DNA from: Mobula hypostoma
Lineage: Eukaryota
Length of the DNA stretch: 64,000 nt
Direction of reading: 5' to 3'
Assembly (NCBI RefSeq): GCF_963921235.1
Contig: NC_086115.1
Coordinates: 24,986,001-25,050,000, forward strand
The translations under genes were made by a program, and so were the position numbers. Under the pieces are notes generated by a model. The model made no database searches. It had not been told where the DNA came from and worked only from the letters and a program-made list of their open reading frames with translations. Below are positions 1 to 11,999 of the stretch, piece by piece (the stretch's first letter is position 1; each line of letters opens with the position of its first letter).

Positions 1-424
1 CTAATATTTCTACCCTAGTGGTTTCTTGTCGTTACTCCCGTTTGAGGTACAGTGTCTCTTACAAATCACACACAAAACGTACACCGCAGCGGGCGAGTAG
101 CTATCTTTTGGGAATCAGTCGGCAAACGCCGTGAATAGAAGCGGGTGAACCGCTGGCTGGAAATCCTGAAGCTCGGAAAATGCCGAACGCCGATTGCCGA
201 TTTCCGATTTCCACCGGCGCTTCCTTGTACAGGGGGCGCTCCGTGCGAGGAGCGGCCAGGCAACTGGTGTTAGAGAGTGCACAGCGCCGATAGAGACAGT
301 GAGCCCAGAGGAGAAAGCGGGGAAGGCGGAGAACATGTGAGTGTAGGGAGTGCAGACGGAGAGAAGAGACATTGTGTACAGAGTGAAAAATAATACTAAA
401 GGAAGTAGGTAGAATAAGAAACAA

Positions 425-550
425 GAGAAAGTCTGCAGATGCTGGAAATCCAAGCAACGCACACAAAATGCTGGAGGAATCCAGCAGGCCAGGCAACATC
501 TATGGAAAGGAGCACAGTCGACGTTTCGGACCGAGGCCCTTCATCAGGAG
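425..550 (-). mobile_element. Short Penelope-derived element ending in a hammerhead motif
   Basis: Same 3' module as the 9778-10992 element (GCAGATGCTGGAAATC...ATGCTGGAGGAA...CAGCAGGCCAGGCA) followed by the reverse-complement hammerhead core. Confidence 0.8.
515..550 (-). ncRNA. Minimal type I hammerhead ribozyme motif (core intact, stem I weakened)
   Basis: Minus strand reads TC-CTGATGA-A-GGGC(CTCG)GTCC-GAAA-CG-TC-GACTG. Confidence 0.7.
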
Positions 551-735
551 TACTGGGAAGAACTTCAAACGATGTTACCTCCAAAAGGTGGCATCCATCA
601 TTAGAGACTCGCACCACCCACGCATCACTGCCACCAGAGAGGAGGCGCAGGAGCTTGAAGGCGCATAGGCAACGTCTCGGCGTTGCCACGAAACGACAAA
701 TTTCATGACGTGTTTGTAATAATAAACCTGATTCT
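551..735 (+). mobile_element. Rex1/Babar-like LINE 3' fragment
   Basis: KVASIIRDSHHP-type remnant and AATAAACCTGATTCT end shared with other copies in the window. Confidence 0.55.
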
Positions 736-1421
736 ATGGGGAAAAAGTGGGAATAAAACAGCGCAATTAATTAGCATACTATCCATTGCCCTGAACGTTA
801 GTTCCCTCAGTGGGACACCTAACGCAGTGCACCAAATGAGGAAAAGTGCTCAGGGATTGCAACTTCACTTGGAATAACTTTTGGGCACCTGGATGGTGGA
901 AGAGAAGGGGTAAACAGAAAGTTGCATCTCACAGTGCTGTCTCCTCTGCACCGGAGAAATCAAACTGGTGACTGCCTTGCGCAGCACCTGCAGAGAGTCC
1001 ATATGGTAATTACTTATAGTTCTGTGTTCCCCGCTTCTTTAATTCTCCATCCCATTCCAACTCCGAACCAACACCAACACAAATCATCCCACCTAAACCC
1101 CAGCCAGCCTTCTGGACTCAGTGTCAAACTTTGCACTTTCAGCTTCCTCTGCCTGTATTAGGATTGGCAATTCCAATGTAAATCATCCACCTGTTATTTT
1201 GACTCAGGTTTCATCCTTCCATTGGCATTGACTGACCTGCTAGGCCTGTCCCACGGCTCTCCATTGTGCAGCTTTCGCATGCCTTCGTGTTCTTGCTCCG
1301 TCTTTGGTAGCCCTTGTTAGTTTTCTCTCTCTCTCCTGCTGTCCAACTTAATCATTCAATCAGATGCTCTCTGCACTTATCCCCAAGGCAAACTTGACCT
1401 CTGCCTTTCATATACAGTGTA

Positions 1422-2236
1422 CAGGAGATTCCGTTTTGTTGGGCCATAGGTTAATCAAGGCAGCTGCTTATTTGGGACAACGCTTAAAGAACAAAACCAT
1501 TCAAGAAAACAGCCGGGATTCCCTTTGTTTGTTTGGGGCACTTTTCTGTTTATTTGGGGCAGGAATCTATTGCTGAACAGTTTCTAGTAAGTGTCAGTCT
1601 CATGCACTTGCATGGCTGTTAAACACTACACAATGCTTCAAGTGAACAGTTTTTAAATAGCGTCAGCTGCATGTGTTTGTCTTCACAAAGCAGTGATTTG
1701 TGTCACTGATAGTCGGTAAGTAATAAGCAGTAAGACAATACAGAGTTGTTTTGCTCACTGCAGTTTCAAGCATTCAAACTTGGAGATGCCAGAAACGGAG
1801 AGGAGTGAAAAATATTTCTCTACTTAAACAAGTTAAAAAATTATGAAAAAAATTAAAATATCGACAATCATCTTGAATGTTACAGTGAAAATGTAGATTT
1901 GGAGGTTGCAATCATCAGCAGCATTGTATGAAGGTAGTCCATCATCTGCACAAGGTGTCTGTGCTGATTTTGTGCATTTATAGTCAAAAGAACATGGTGT
2001 GGATGAATTCCTCCATTGATACATATTAGGAACTAATACACAGTTTTATAGTACCATAGTTGTATTGATAGCATTCTGATCTGTTCTGTTTTTCATTTTA
2101 GTACATCATGTGTTACTCACTTTGTCTTTTTTATACCTTCTTAACTAGTTCCATGAAACTTCAGCTATTAGGGCAGCCAGTTAATTGGGCCAAAATGTAC
2201 TGGTCCCAATGTGTCCCAATTAACCGGAATCCACTG
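1422..2236. mobile_element. Non-autonomous pogo/Tigger-like DNA transposon
   Basis: TA-flanked imperfect TIRs: CAGGAGATTCCG...TTGGGCCA at left, TGTCCCAATTAACCGGAATCCACTG at right; repeated subterminal motifs. Confidence 0.7.
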
Positions 2237-3059
2237 TATTCCCTTTGTCTTATCCATTGCTTCTCCACCATCTTTGCAGCTTAAAACTATCACGTGGTCT
2301 CTCTTTCCCTGTACTGACGAATGCCCTTTGAACTGGAAGAGTAATATTCTGTCTTTCCACAGATCATACCTGAGATGATATTTCCACCATTCCCAATTTC
2401 TATTTAACATTTCCAGTATCTGCAGTTCTTGTTTATTTAGCCTAAATATAGAAGAAGGTGAGTAAAGGAAGAATATGGTGATTGACCGTAGAGAATACAT
2501 TAAAGAGTAGGTGGGGAAATTATTGAAAGTATATTTAGATAGTAAATGTGAAGACTAATTTAAAGCAGTGAGTTTGTCAAAGTCAAAAGGCAAAGTAAAT
2601 TTATTATCAGAGTGTGTACATGTCACTAAATACTACCTTGAGATTCATTTTCTTGTAGGCATTTACAGGAAAATAAACAAATACAACAGAATTTATAAAA
2701 ACTGGCGAAGACTTGGAGAATGTTTGCTAGAATGGTTCCTTGGTCAAAGTCAAAGTAAATTTATTATCAAAGTATGTATTTCTCACCATATATTGCATGG
2801 AGATTCATTTTCATGTAGGCATTTAGAAGGAGAAAAAGAAATACAATAGAATTTATGAAAGCTACACGTGAAAGACTGATAATCACTGTGAAAAGGAAAC
2901 AAATGGTGCAGATAAAAATATAATATTGACAACATGAGTTGCAGAGTCATTGAAAGTGAGACTGTAGGCTGTGGAATCAGTTCAGTGTTGAGATGAGTGT
3001 AGTTATCCACACCGGTTCAGGAGCCTGATAGATGTAGGATAATAACGGTTCCTGGCAAT

Positions 3060-3480
3060 GAATCAGTAAATTTTGGTGATTGTAGAGAAGATGTTGAGTT
3101 TATGGAAGAAAAGAAAGACAATATATAGAGAAAGGCAGATCTGGAGGATAAAAAGAGGGTAAAGAGGTACCTAGAGGGTAAAATGAAAATATAGAGAATA
3201 GCAAGATCAATCAAGGTTGACCATAATAGAGAGAATAAATGGGAGAACAAAGGATAAAGGGAGAATATCGAGTAGGGAAAAGGAGAGCAGAGGAAATGAA
3301 GGGAAGGAGAAAGGGAAATGAAGGAGATATGAGGAAGTAAGAGAGTAACGGGAGAATTTTGGGAATGAAGATGAGATTAAGAATCTAAACAGAGGCAGAC
3401 TAAGAGACAGAAGGAATGTGATAAAATGAGTGTGAAGAGCATCAATACAATAAACAGATAACGGAGGTAAAAGAGAATAT
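3060..3480. repeat. Purine-rich (GA) low-complexity tract
   Basis: Strong A/G bias on the + strand. Confidence 0.6.
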
Positions 3481-3859
3481 CTTCTTGGATGATGCCTCAC
3501 TTGCATTCTGGTACAGTGCGATTCATATTGTGGAGTGGAAGTTATCTGCAGAAGGTTTCTTTTTTGATGTGCGCAGCCATGACATACCAGTTACCACACA
3601 GGCTTCACAGAACAAGATGATAATCCATTGGCCAGAGGGCCCAAGGTGACTGGAGATCTGACTCTGCTGCAGGGGTATTAACGTTCACAGATTACTGGGC
3701 ACACACCAAGATCCTTCCTGACGTGCAGTACTCCAAGTCTATTAACTAGTCCGGGCTAATAGAACTGCTACTCGACTGTCTTTGGAGCTACAAAACTAAT
3801 TTATCTTGGAAGTGAGAATGTATCAAGAGCAATGAAGATTTTTTTTAAATTTCCTTTTT

Positions 3860-4062
3860 TAGAGATACAGCATGAAACAGGCCCCTCATGCCCAATGAGC
3901 AGCTCACCTATTTAGCCCTAGCCTAATTACAGGACAATTTAACAATGACCATTTAACCTACTGAATGGAGAAGAAACCAGAGCACCTGGAGGAAACCCAC
4001 ACATTTACGGGGAGAATGTGTAAACTTCTTACAGGTGGAAGTGGGATTGAACTTTGGACTCT
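3860..4062 (-). mobile_element. V-SINE (HE1-like) fragment
   Basis: GAAACCAGAGCACCTGGAGGAAACCCAC is the reverse complement of the V-domain core. Confidence 0.6.
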
Positions 4063-4439
4063 GTAGAGTGGAACAGGGAACACAGCAAATTATGGGGAAC
4101 TATCTGAAGATGAGCATACTACATAAAAAGACAAAAAAAAAGTAAAATTGAGAAAATTAGACTTTGGAATATAAATAAAGTGTAAGGGAGATTAGAGATA
4201 GACAATAAGGAAGATAAACTAAAGGAAGAATGTGAAGTCATAAAAAGGCTCTGAAAATGAGTATACACAAGGGAGAATATAGGGAATAAAGTAGCATTTG
4301 TTAATCTTTTTCTTAACATGCCTTAATTTAAACATGGGAGATCTTCTGCAATTCCTAGATGATGCAATAGATATACAGTATATCAGTAGAGTTTTTATAC
4401 TGAAAATAAATTGACTTTGTGGCTAAGAACTGCTCCAAC

Positions 4440-5390
4440 AACATATACAAGTTTGTTGATAACACTGCAGCTGTGGGTCGTGTCAAAGGTGGTGATGAAT
4501 CAGCATACGGGAGGGAGATTTGAAACCTGGCTGAGTGGTGTGATAACAACAACCTTTCACTCAATCTCAATAAGACCAAAAAACAGATTGTAGACTTCAG
4601 CAGAGGGAGACCAGAAGTCTATGAATCAGTAATCGTCGAAGGATCAGAGGTGAAGAGGGTCAGCAACTTTAAGTTCCTGGGTGTCACTATCTTAGAGGAC
4701 CTGTCCTGGGCCCGTCAAATAAACATTATTGCGAAGAGAGCACCAAAGTGCCTCGAACACCATTACAGGAATTTCTGGAAGTTTGTCATCAGAAACCTTA
4801 GGAAACTTCTATAGATGTGTGATGTGAAGTGTGATGACTGGCTGTATTATGGCCTGGTATGGTAACACCAATGCCTTTAAATGGAAAATCCTGCAAAAGG
4901 TAGTGTATTCAGCCCAGTACATCACAGGTAAAACCCTCCCAACCATGGAGCACATCTACACGAAACATTGCTGTAAAAAAGCAGCTTGCATTATCAAAGA
5001 TCCTCACCACTCAGGCCATGCTCTTTCCTCGCTGTTGCCATCAGATAGAAGGTACAGGTGCCTCAGGACTACACACCACCAGGTTCAAGAACAGTCACGG
5101 CCCCTCAGGCATCAGACTCTTGCTTAAAAGGGGATAACAATACTCGTTCTATTTCTATTGTTCCCACAACCAACGGTCTCACTTTAAGGACTCTTTATCT
5201 TGTTATTTCATGCTCTTGTTATTTATTGCCATTTACTTATATTTGCATTGGCACAGTTTGTTGTTCACTGATCCTGCTTACAGTTACTGTTCTATAGATT
5301 TATCAAGTATGCCCACTTGAAAAAGAATCCCAGGGTTGTACGTGGTGACATGTATGTACTCTGATAATAAATTTTACTTCAATCTTTGAA
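4440..5390 (+). mobile_element. Rex1/Babar-like LINE, decayed RT C-terminal half plus 3' UTR
   Basis: Decayed DNTAAVG..GDESAY.REI, LTGCIMAWYGN and KAACIIKDPHH motifs; TGATAATAAA end. Confidence 0.7.
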
Positions 5391-5439
5391 ATGTAAAAGT
5401 TGTGTTATAGTGATGGAAGAAGACAAAAAACAAAGAGCA

Positions 5440-6150
5440 GATCATTGACGACAGGAGGAAGAAGCCAGAGTTTTATAAGCCAGCCCTCATTAGGGGATCA
5501 GAGGTGGAGAGGATCAGTAACTTTCCTCAGCGTTATCATATCCTGGGTCCAGCACGTAAGTGCCAACAGAAAGAAGGCACAGCTGTGTCTTAGCTTTCTT
5601 AGAAGTCTGCATAGAATTGGCAAGTGACCTAAAACTTTGACAAACTACTATAGATGCACAGTGGAGAATATCCTGACTGGTTGCATCACATGTAAGCATC
5701 AATGAACAGGAATGGAAAAGTCCACAGAAAGTGGAAGGAACAGCCCAGTCTATCACAGGGAAAACCTTCCCCTTCATTGAGCACATTTGCAAAGAATGCT
5801 GCCATAAGAAAGCAGCATCCCCATCATCCAGGCTATGCTCCCTCCTCGCAACAACCATTGGGCAGGAGGTACAGGAGTCTTGGATCCTACACCTCCGGGT
5901 TCAGGAACAGTTACTAGCCTACAACCGTCGTGATCCTGAACCAGCATGGAGAGCTTTCATTCCACAATCTATGGGCTCACTTTCAAGGACTCTAAAACTC
6001 ATGTTCTCAGTATTATTGTTTTATATTTGCACAATTTGTCTTCTTTTGCGCATTCTTTGTTTGCCATTCTTTGTTTATGTGTAATCTTTCATAAATTCTG
6101 TTGTATTTCTCCATTTTCCTGTAAATGCCTACAAGAAAATGAGTCACAAG
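5440..6150 (+). mobile_element. Rex1/Babar-like LINE fragment
   Basis: Homologous to 4640-5340 (TAQSITGKTFPFIEHI..CCHKKAAS). Confidence 0.65.
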
Positions 6151-8573
6151 GTAATAAGCTTGACTTTGGCAAAGAGAGGAATTCAATTAATTAAGAGAGT
6201 AGAAAGAGAGGAAATGAAGAATAAAAAGGAAGGAAACAGATTGAAAGGGAGATTTTGGAGACTCTGAACATGAAAATTACAAAGAACAAAAGACTGGTGA
6301 CTCCACATTCCAGGGTGTGGAATCTTCAGGCAAATCAGGGGAATGTAAGAGAAGATGGTATTCAATACTAATCAATGAGCCTATTATGCAGGTAGGAGCT
6401 GAGGTTTATCGTGGAAGGATCTTCAAACTGGCCCATATGGATTTAGCTCAAAAACCAAAAGGGAGCAATTATTTTGCTGGGGTTGTTCTGTGGCCTCCAA
6501 TTTGTCAGTAGGCAAGTCACAAAGAAATGTATAATTGTATGGTAGTCGTGGTGGTAGGTTTTAACTTCCCCAGTATTAACTGGATCACCCTTTGTGTGAA
6601 GTGGCGGAGGGAATTTTGAAGTTTTTTGAGCTTACGTGTAAATAGTCCCACAAGAGAAAGGACAGTGGACCTAATAGAGTCATTGAGTTATGCAGCACTA
6701 CAGCTGAGCAACAGGTCCTTCAGCCCATCTAGTCCATGCTGAATTGTTATTCTGCCTCGAGCCACCAACACGCACCTGAAACATAGTCTACCATACCCCT
6801 CCCATCCATGTACTTGTCCAAACTTCTCTTAAATATTGCAACTGAACCTATTGCATTCTTTGCACTTCTTCTGCAGCTTGCTCAGCACTCGTATCATGCT
6901 CTGAGTGAAAAAGTTTCCCCCTTAAATACCCCTGAGATATTTCACCTTTCACCATTACCCTATGACCTTTAGTTCTAGTCTCAATGGAAAAGCCTGCAGC
7001 ATTCACTCTATAATAGTTTGTATACCTCTATTAAATCTCCCCTCATTTTCCTATGCTCCAGGGAATAAAATTTTATTCAACCTTTCCCTATAACTCAGGT
7101 CCTCAAAACCCCGGCAACATCCTTGTAAATTTTTTTTCTGCACTTTTTCAAACTTATTTAAATCTTTGGTGTAGGTAAGGTAAACAGAACTGCTCACAAT
7201 ATGCAAAATTTGTCCTTACCAACATCTTATACAACTCCATCATAAGATCCTAACTCTTGCATCCAGTACTCTGATTTATAAAGGACAATGTGCCAAAAGC
7301 TTTTTTTATGACTTTATCTACCTATCGCGCCACTGTCAAGGAATTATAAATCTGTATTCCCAGATCTTATTTTGTACCATATTCCTCAGTACCCAACCAC
7401 TCACTGTGTAAATCTCACCCTGGTTTGTCCTCCCAAAGTGCATGTTTGTCTGCATTAAATTCCATCTGCTTTTTCAGCCTATTTTTCCAGCTGATCCAGA
7501 TCCCCCTACAAGCTTTGATAGTTTTTCTCACTACCCACAAAGCCCTGAATCTCCGAAAATTTGCTGATCTAGTTGACCACATTATCATCCGGATCATTAA
7601 TATAGATGACAAACAACAATGGACCCAGCACCAATCCCTGCAGCACAACACTAGGCACAGGCCTCCAGTCAATGAGGCAACCATCAAATACCAGTCTCCG
7701 GTTCTCCCACTAAGCCAATGTTGAATCCAATTTACTACTTCATTCTGAATGCCAAGCAACTGAACCTTTTAGAAAAGCCTCCAATGCGGACTTTGTCAAA
7801 AACCTTGCTAAAGTCCATGTAGACAACATCCACTACTTTTCCTTCATCAACTTTCCTGGTAACTCCCCTGAAAAACATTGGTGTTTGAAAGCCGAAAAAT
7901 TGGTTAGACATGTCCTACCATGCACAAAGGCATGTTAACCTGCCCTGATCAGGCCCTGACTATCCAAATATTTTGTCCTTCAGAATATCTTCCAATAGTA
8001 CACCCTCTACTGACGTCAGGCTCACTGGCTATAATTTCCCATCTTATTCTTAGAGACTTTCCTGAACAATGGAACAAAATCAGCTACCTCCCAGTCTTCT
8101 AGCATCTCACCAATGGTTAAGGACATTTTAATTCCCTCGACGAAGGCCCCAGCAATTTCTGCACTTGCCCCCCACATGGTCCAAGAGGACACCTTGAAGG
8201 CCCTGGGGACTTATTCACCCCTAATTTTCCTCAAGACAGCAAGCATCTCCTCTTCTGTAATCTGGATATAGTCCATGACCTCTCTTCTGTTTGGCCTCAG
8301 TTCTATAACTTCTGTGTCCATCTCCTAAGTAAATACAGATACAAAAAGGAGCCACAGTAGTGTAGCTATTAGCATAATGCTATTATAGTTTCGGGCGGTG
8401 GAGATCAGCGTTTAATCCCAGCACCCTCTGTAAGGAGTTGTACGTCTTCCCCATGAAATGCATGGGTTTCCTCCAGATGATCTGATTTTCTCTCACAGTC
8501 CAAAGACATACCAATTAGTAGGTTAATCAGTCATTGTAAATTGTCCCATTATTAGACTAGGGTTAAATCAGGC

Positions 8574-8999
8574 TGGTGAGGAGGGTGTGAGGACACCCAG
8601 CAGGACCAAAAACAAGACCTGACAAAGGGCGGATGAGCTCCTTGTGAGCCAACTGCCATCTTCCGTGGAAGAGATTAAAGCCTCACCACGTATCTACGAA
8701 TTGTATGCTATGCACCTAGTTAGAAGAGACATGATGAACTTGGGCGCTGCACCGTGTGCCTGGACCTGCCCAAGACCTCCGCCTAAGGAAGGGCCGAGCT
8801 CGAAGAAGCGGCCGCGGCTGGAGGCCGACATGGCCTCAGGCTTGAGTTTGGCGGAGGCGGTGGCAGGCGGTGCCAAGGCGGCCAGCGAGAACAAGCTGGA
8901 GGAAAGGCTGTACTTGGTGCTGTCGCAAGATCGAAGAACATGGAGGAGCATAGACGCCAACCCTGGATTTGGGACGGCACCCACTGACTGACTGACTGA
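8574..8999 (+). mobile_element. RTE-like non-autonomous chimeric insert with (ACTG)n tail
   Basis: 3' part encodes QDRRTWRS (RTE-clade C-terminal motif), then stop and ACTGACTGACTGACTGA. Confidence 0.5.
8740..8925 (+). pseudogene. Captured coding fragment resembling the CYHR1/ZFTRAF1 N-terminus
   Basis: CpG-rich island translating KKRPRLE...ENKLEERLYLVL, versus recalled CYHR1 KLEERLYSVLCC; TTG could derive from TCG by CpG decay. Confidence 0.55.
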
Positions 9000-9835
9000 A
9001 CTCAGTGGATTGATGGTGACGTACCTCAAAGGGCCTATTCAGTACTGTATCTCTAAATAAAAACAAAATTTTAAAAATCAATTTAAGATTTTCTTAGTCT
9101 CTTTTGGTTCCATGCATAGATGACTAAGCTGATCTACCAATTTTGTCCCTTGCTATCCATTTGCTTTTAACATATCTGTAGAATCCTCCTGGAACTCCAA
9201 TTTGTCTGCCAGGCAACCTCATGCCTCCCTCTTAAGTCCTCCCTTGCACTTCTTATACTCCTCAAGTGCCTCATTTGTTCCTCACTGTCTGTTTCTGCTT
9301 TGCACCTCCTTCTTCTTAACCAGGTCCTTAATACCCTTTGAAAGCTAAGGCTCCCTAAATCTGTTAGCCTTTCTTTTTATTTTAGCAGGAACACACAAAC
9401 ATTGTACTCTCGATATTTTACTTTTGAAGCCCGCCCCCAAGTACCAAGTATCCTTCCCCAGAAAATAGCCTATCCAAGTTCACACCTACCAGATTCATTC
9501 TAATACCATTAAAATAAGCCCTTCCCCAATTGAGAATCTCAACCCAAAGACCAGGACTATCATTTTCCATAATTATCTTGGAACTTATGGAAACTTATGG
9601 AATTATAATCACTAGATCTAAAGTGTTCCCCTACATACACTTCCGGTCTAAACCAACAGAACCCGAGAATATTGAGCTGCCAGTCCTGCCATTCCTGCAA
9701 CCAAGTCTCACTAATGGCTATAATATCATGATTCCATGTGCTGATCCATGCTCTAAGCTGATCTGCCTTACCTACAACATACATCAAAGTTGCTGGTGAA
9801 CGCAGCAGGCCAAGCAGCATCTATAGGAAGAGGCG

Positions 9836-9872
9836 CAGTTGACGTTTCAGGCCGAGACCCTTCGTCAGGACT
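9836..9872 (-). ncRNA. Minimal hammerhead ribozyme motif (first stem I pair mismatched)
   Basis: AGTC-CTGACGA-A-GGGT(CTCG)GCCT-GAAA-CG-TC-AACTG on the minus strand. Confidence 0.7.
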
Positions 9873-10861
9873 AACTGAAGGAAGAGTGAGTAAGGGATTT
9901 GAAAGTGGGAGGGGGAGGGGGAGATGTAAAATGATAGGAGAAGACAGGAGGGGGAGGGATAGAGCCGAGAGCTGGACGGGTGATAGGCAAAAGGGGATAC
10001 GAGAGGATCATGGGACAGGAGGTCCGGGAAGAAAGACAAGGAGGGGGGTGACCCAGAGGATGGGCAAGAGGTATATTCAGAGGGACAGAGGGAGAAAGAG
10101 AGAAAGAATGTGTGCATAAAAATGAGTAACAGATGGGGTACGAGGGGGAGGTGGGGCCTTAGCGGAAGTTAGAGAAGTTGATGTTCATGCCATCAGGTTG
10201 GAGGCTACCCAGACGGAATATAAGGTGTTGTTCCTCCAACCTGAGTGTGGCTTCATCTTTACAGCAGAGGAGGCCGTGGATAGACATGTCAGAATGGGAA
10301 TAGGATGTGGAATTAAAATGTGTGGCCACTGGGAGATCCTGCTTTCTCTGGCGGACAGAGCGTAGATGTTCAGCAAAGCGGTCTACCAGTCTGCGTCGGG
10401 TCTCACCAATATTCCACATCCCATTCCCATTCTGACATGTCTATCCACGGCCTCCTCTACTGTAAAGATGAAGCCACACTCAGGTTGGAGGAACAACACC
10501 TTATATTCCGTCTGGGTAGCCTCCAACCTGATGGCATGAACATCGACTTCTCTAACTTCCGCTAAGGCCCTACCTCCCCCTCGTACCCCATCTGTTACTC
10601 ATTTTTACGCACACATTCTTTCTCTCACTCTCCTTTTTCTCCCTCTGTCCCTCTGAATATACCTCTTGCCCATCCTCTGGGTCACCCCCCCTCCTTGTCT
10701 TTCTTCCCAGACCTCCTGTCCCATGATCCTCTCGTATCCCCTTTTGCCTATCACCTGTCCAGCTCTCGGCTCTATCCCTCCCCCTCCTGTCTTCTCCTAT
10801 CATTTTACATCTCCCCCTCCCCCTCCAGCTTTCAAATCCCTTACTCACTCTTCCTTCAGTT

Positions 10862-10897
10862 AGTCCTGATGAAGGGTCTCGGCCTGAAACGTCGACT
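10862..10897 (+). ncRNA. Minimal type I hammerhead ribozyme, intact; predicted cleavage after 10893
   Basis: AGTC-CTGATGA-A-GGGT(CTCG)GCCT-GAAA-CG-TC^GACT; stem I AGTC/GACT; palindromic ACGT in place of stem III. Confidence 0.85.
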
Positions 10898-11999
10898 GCA
10901 CCTCTTCCTATAGATGCTGCTTGGCCTGCTGCGTTCACCAGCAACTTTGATGTATGTTGCTTGAATTTCCAGCATCTGCAGAATTCCTGTTGTCTGCCTT
11001 ACCTACAATACTGCTTGCTTTGAAAAAGACGCAACTCAGAACATTGGTCCCTCCGTGCTCAACCTTTCAGTTCTTGTCTTTGTATGTAGGCTTAACATCT
11101 GCTTTCCCCACAACCACTCCACGAGCTGCTCTGGCACTCTAGTTCCCATCCCCTTGCAACTGCAACCTCTCACAGCACTGGCAAACCTTCGCACAAGGAT
11201 ATTGGACACCTTCCAGATCAGGTCCGAGCCGTCCCATTTGTACAGGTCCCACCTTCCATGGAAGAGAGGAAGTCCCTGTTGTACATACTATTTATTGTAA
11301 GTTGCTCATTGCACACTTAGACGGAGACATAACATAAAGATTTTTACCCCCGATGTATATGAAGGATGTAAGAAATAAAGTCAATTCAATTCAATGATCT
11401 AAAAGTTCTGAAGCCCTCACTCCTGCACTATGTCCTTAGCTGCATGTTAAACTGCATTATCTTCCTATTTCTAGTCTTACTAGCAGGCAGCTTGGGTAGC
11501 TATCCCAAGATCATCACCCTGGAGGTCCTGTCCTTTACCTTAGCACCTAAATCCCAGACCTCACTTTTTAGGACCTCATCACCCTCCCTGCCTATGTCAC
11601 TGGTACTGACATGGACCACATCTTCTAGCTGCTCCCCATCCCCCTTAAGAATACTATGAAATCAATCTGAGTATTTCTAGTCTGTTCCCCTAAACACTAA
11701 AACCCATCACTACTGCTCACTTCTTCTTCCCCTTCCCTTCCAGGTCACCGAGCCAGACTCATTGCCAGAGACCTGACCAGAGGTTTTCCTCTGTTCATAG
11801 TATTTAAAACAATATACTTGTTATTGATGGGAATGGCCTCGGGGTGTCCTGCACTGGCTGCCGATCGCCTTTCCCTCTCCTGAAGGTCACCCAGTTCTCT
11901 GTGTCCTACATCTAAAGTCTACAAGCTGCAGCTTAGTGATCTCAAGATCCACAGTAAATCATCAGGAGTGTAGCCGAGCAAATGGAGGCCATGTCAGTG

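Larger units (their letters stand above)
8348..9065 (+). mobile_element. tRNA-derived V-SINE (HE1-like), split by an insertion at about 8574-9000
   Basis: tRNA-like head, V-domain GGGTTTCCTCCAGATG...CACAGTCCAAAGACATAC...GGTTAAT; tail GGGCCTATTCAGTACTGTATCTCTAAATAAA resumes after 9000. Confidence 0.7.
9778..10992. mobile_element. Penelope-like element: two 5'-truncated copies in inverted orientation, 16-bp TSD
   Basis: GIY-YIG endonuclease C-terminus (IGETRRRL.DRFAEH, HFN, LEEQHLIFRLGSLQPDGMN) on - at 10159-10411 and on + at 10411-10565; TSD TCTGCCTTACCTACAA at 9762-9777 and 10993-11008. Confidence 0.9.
6675..11900 (-). mobile_element. Long decayed CR1 LINE (3' UTR at left, RT then endonuclease region to the right) hosting nested insertions
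   Basis: CR1 3' UTR near 6680-6740, RT remnants (VNWIQHWL, QMEFNADK), APE remnant DIIAISETWLQE near 9700; interrupted at 8348-9065 and 9778-10992. Confidence 0.75.

Noticed and set aside
9790-10944. Paired near-identical ORFs on opposite strands (MLVNAAGQAASIGR...)
   Set aside because: By-product of the inverted Penelope duplication, read from non-coding terminal sequence.
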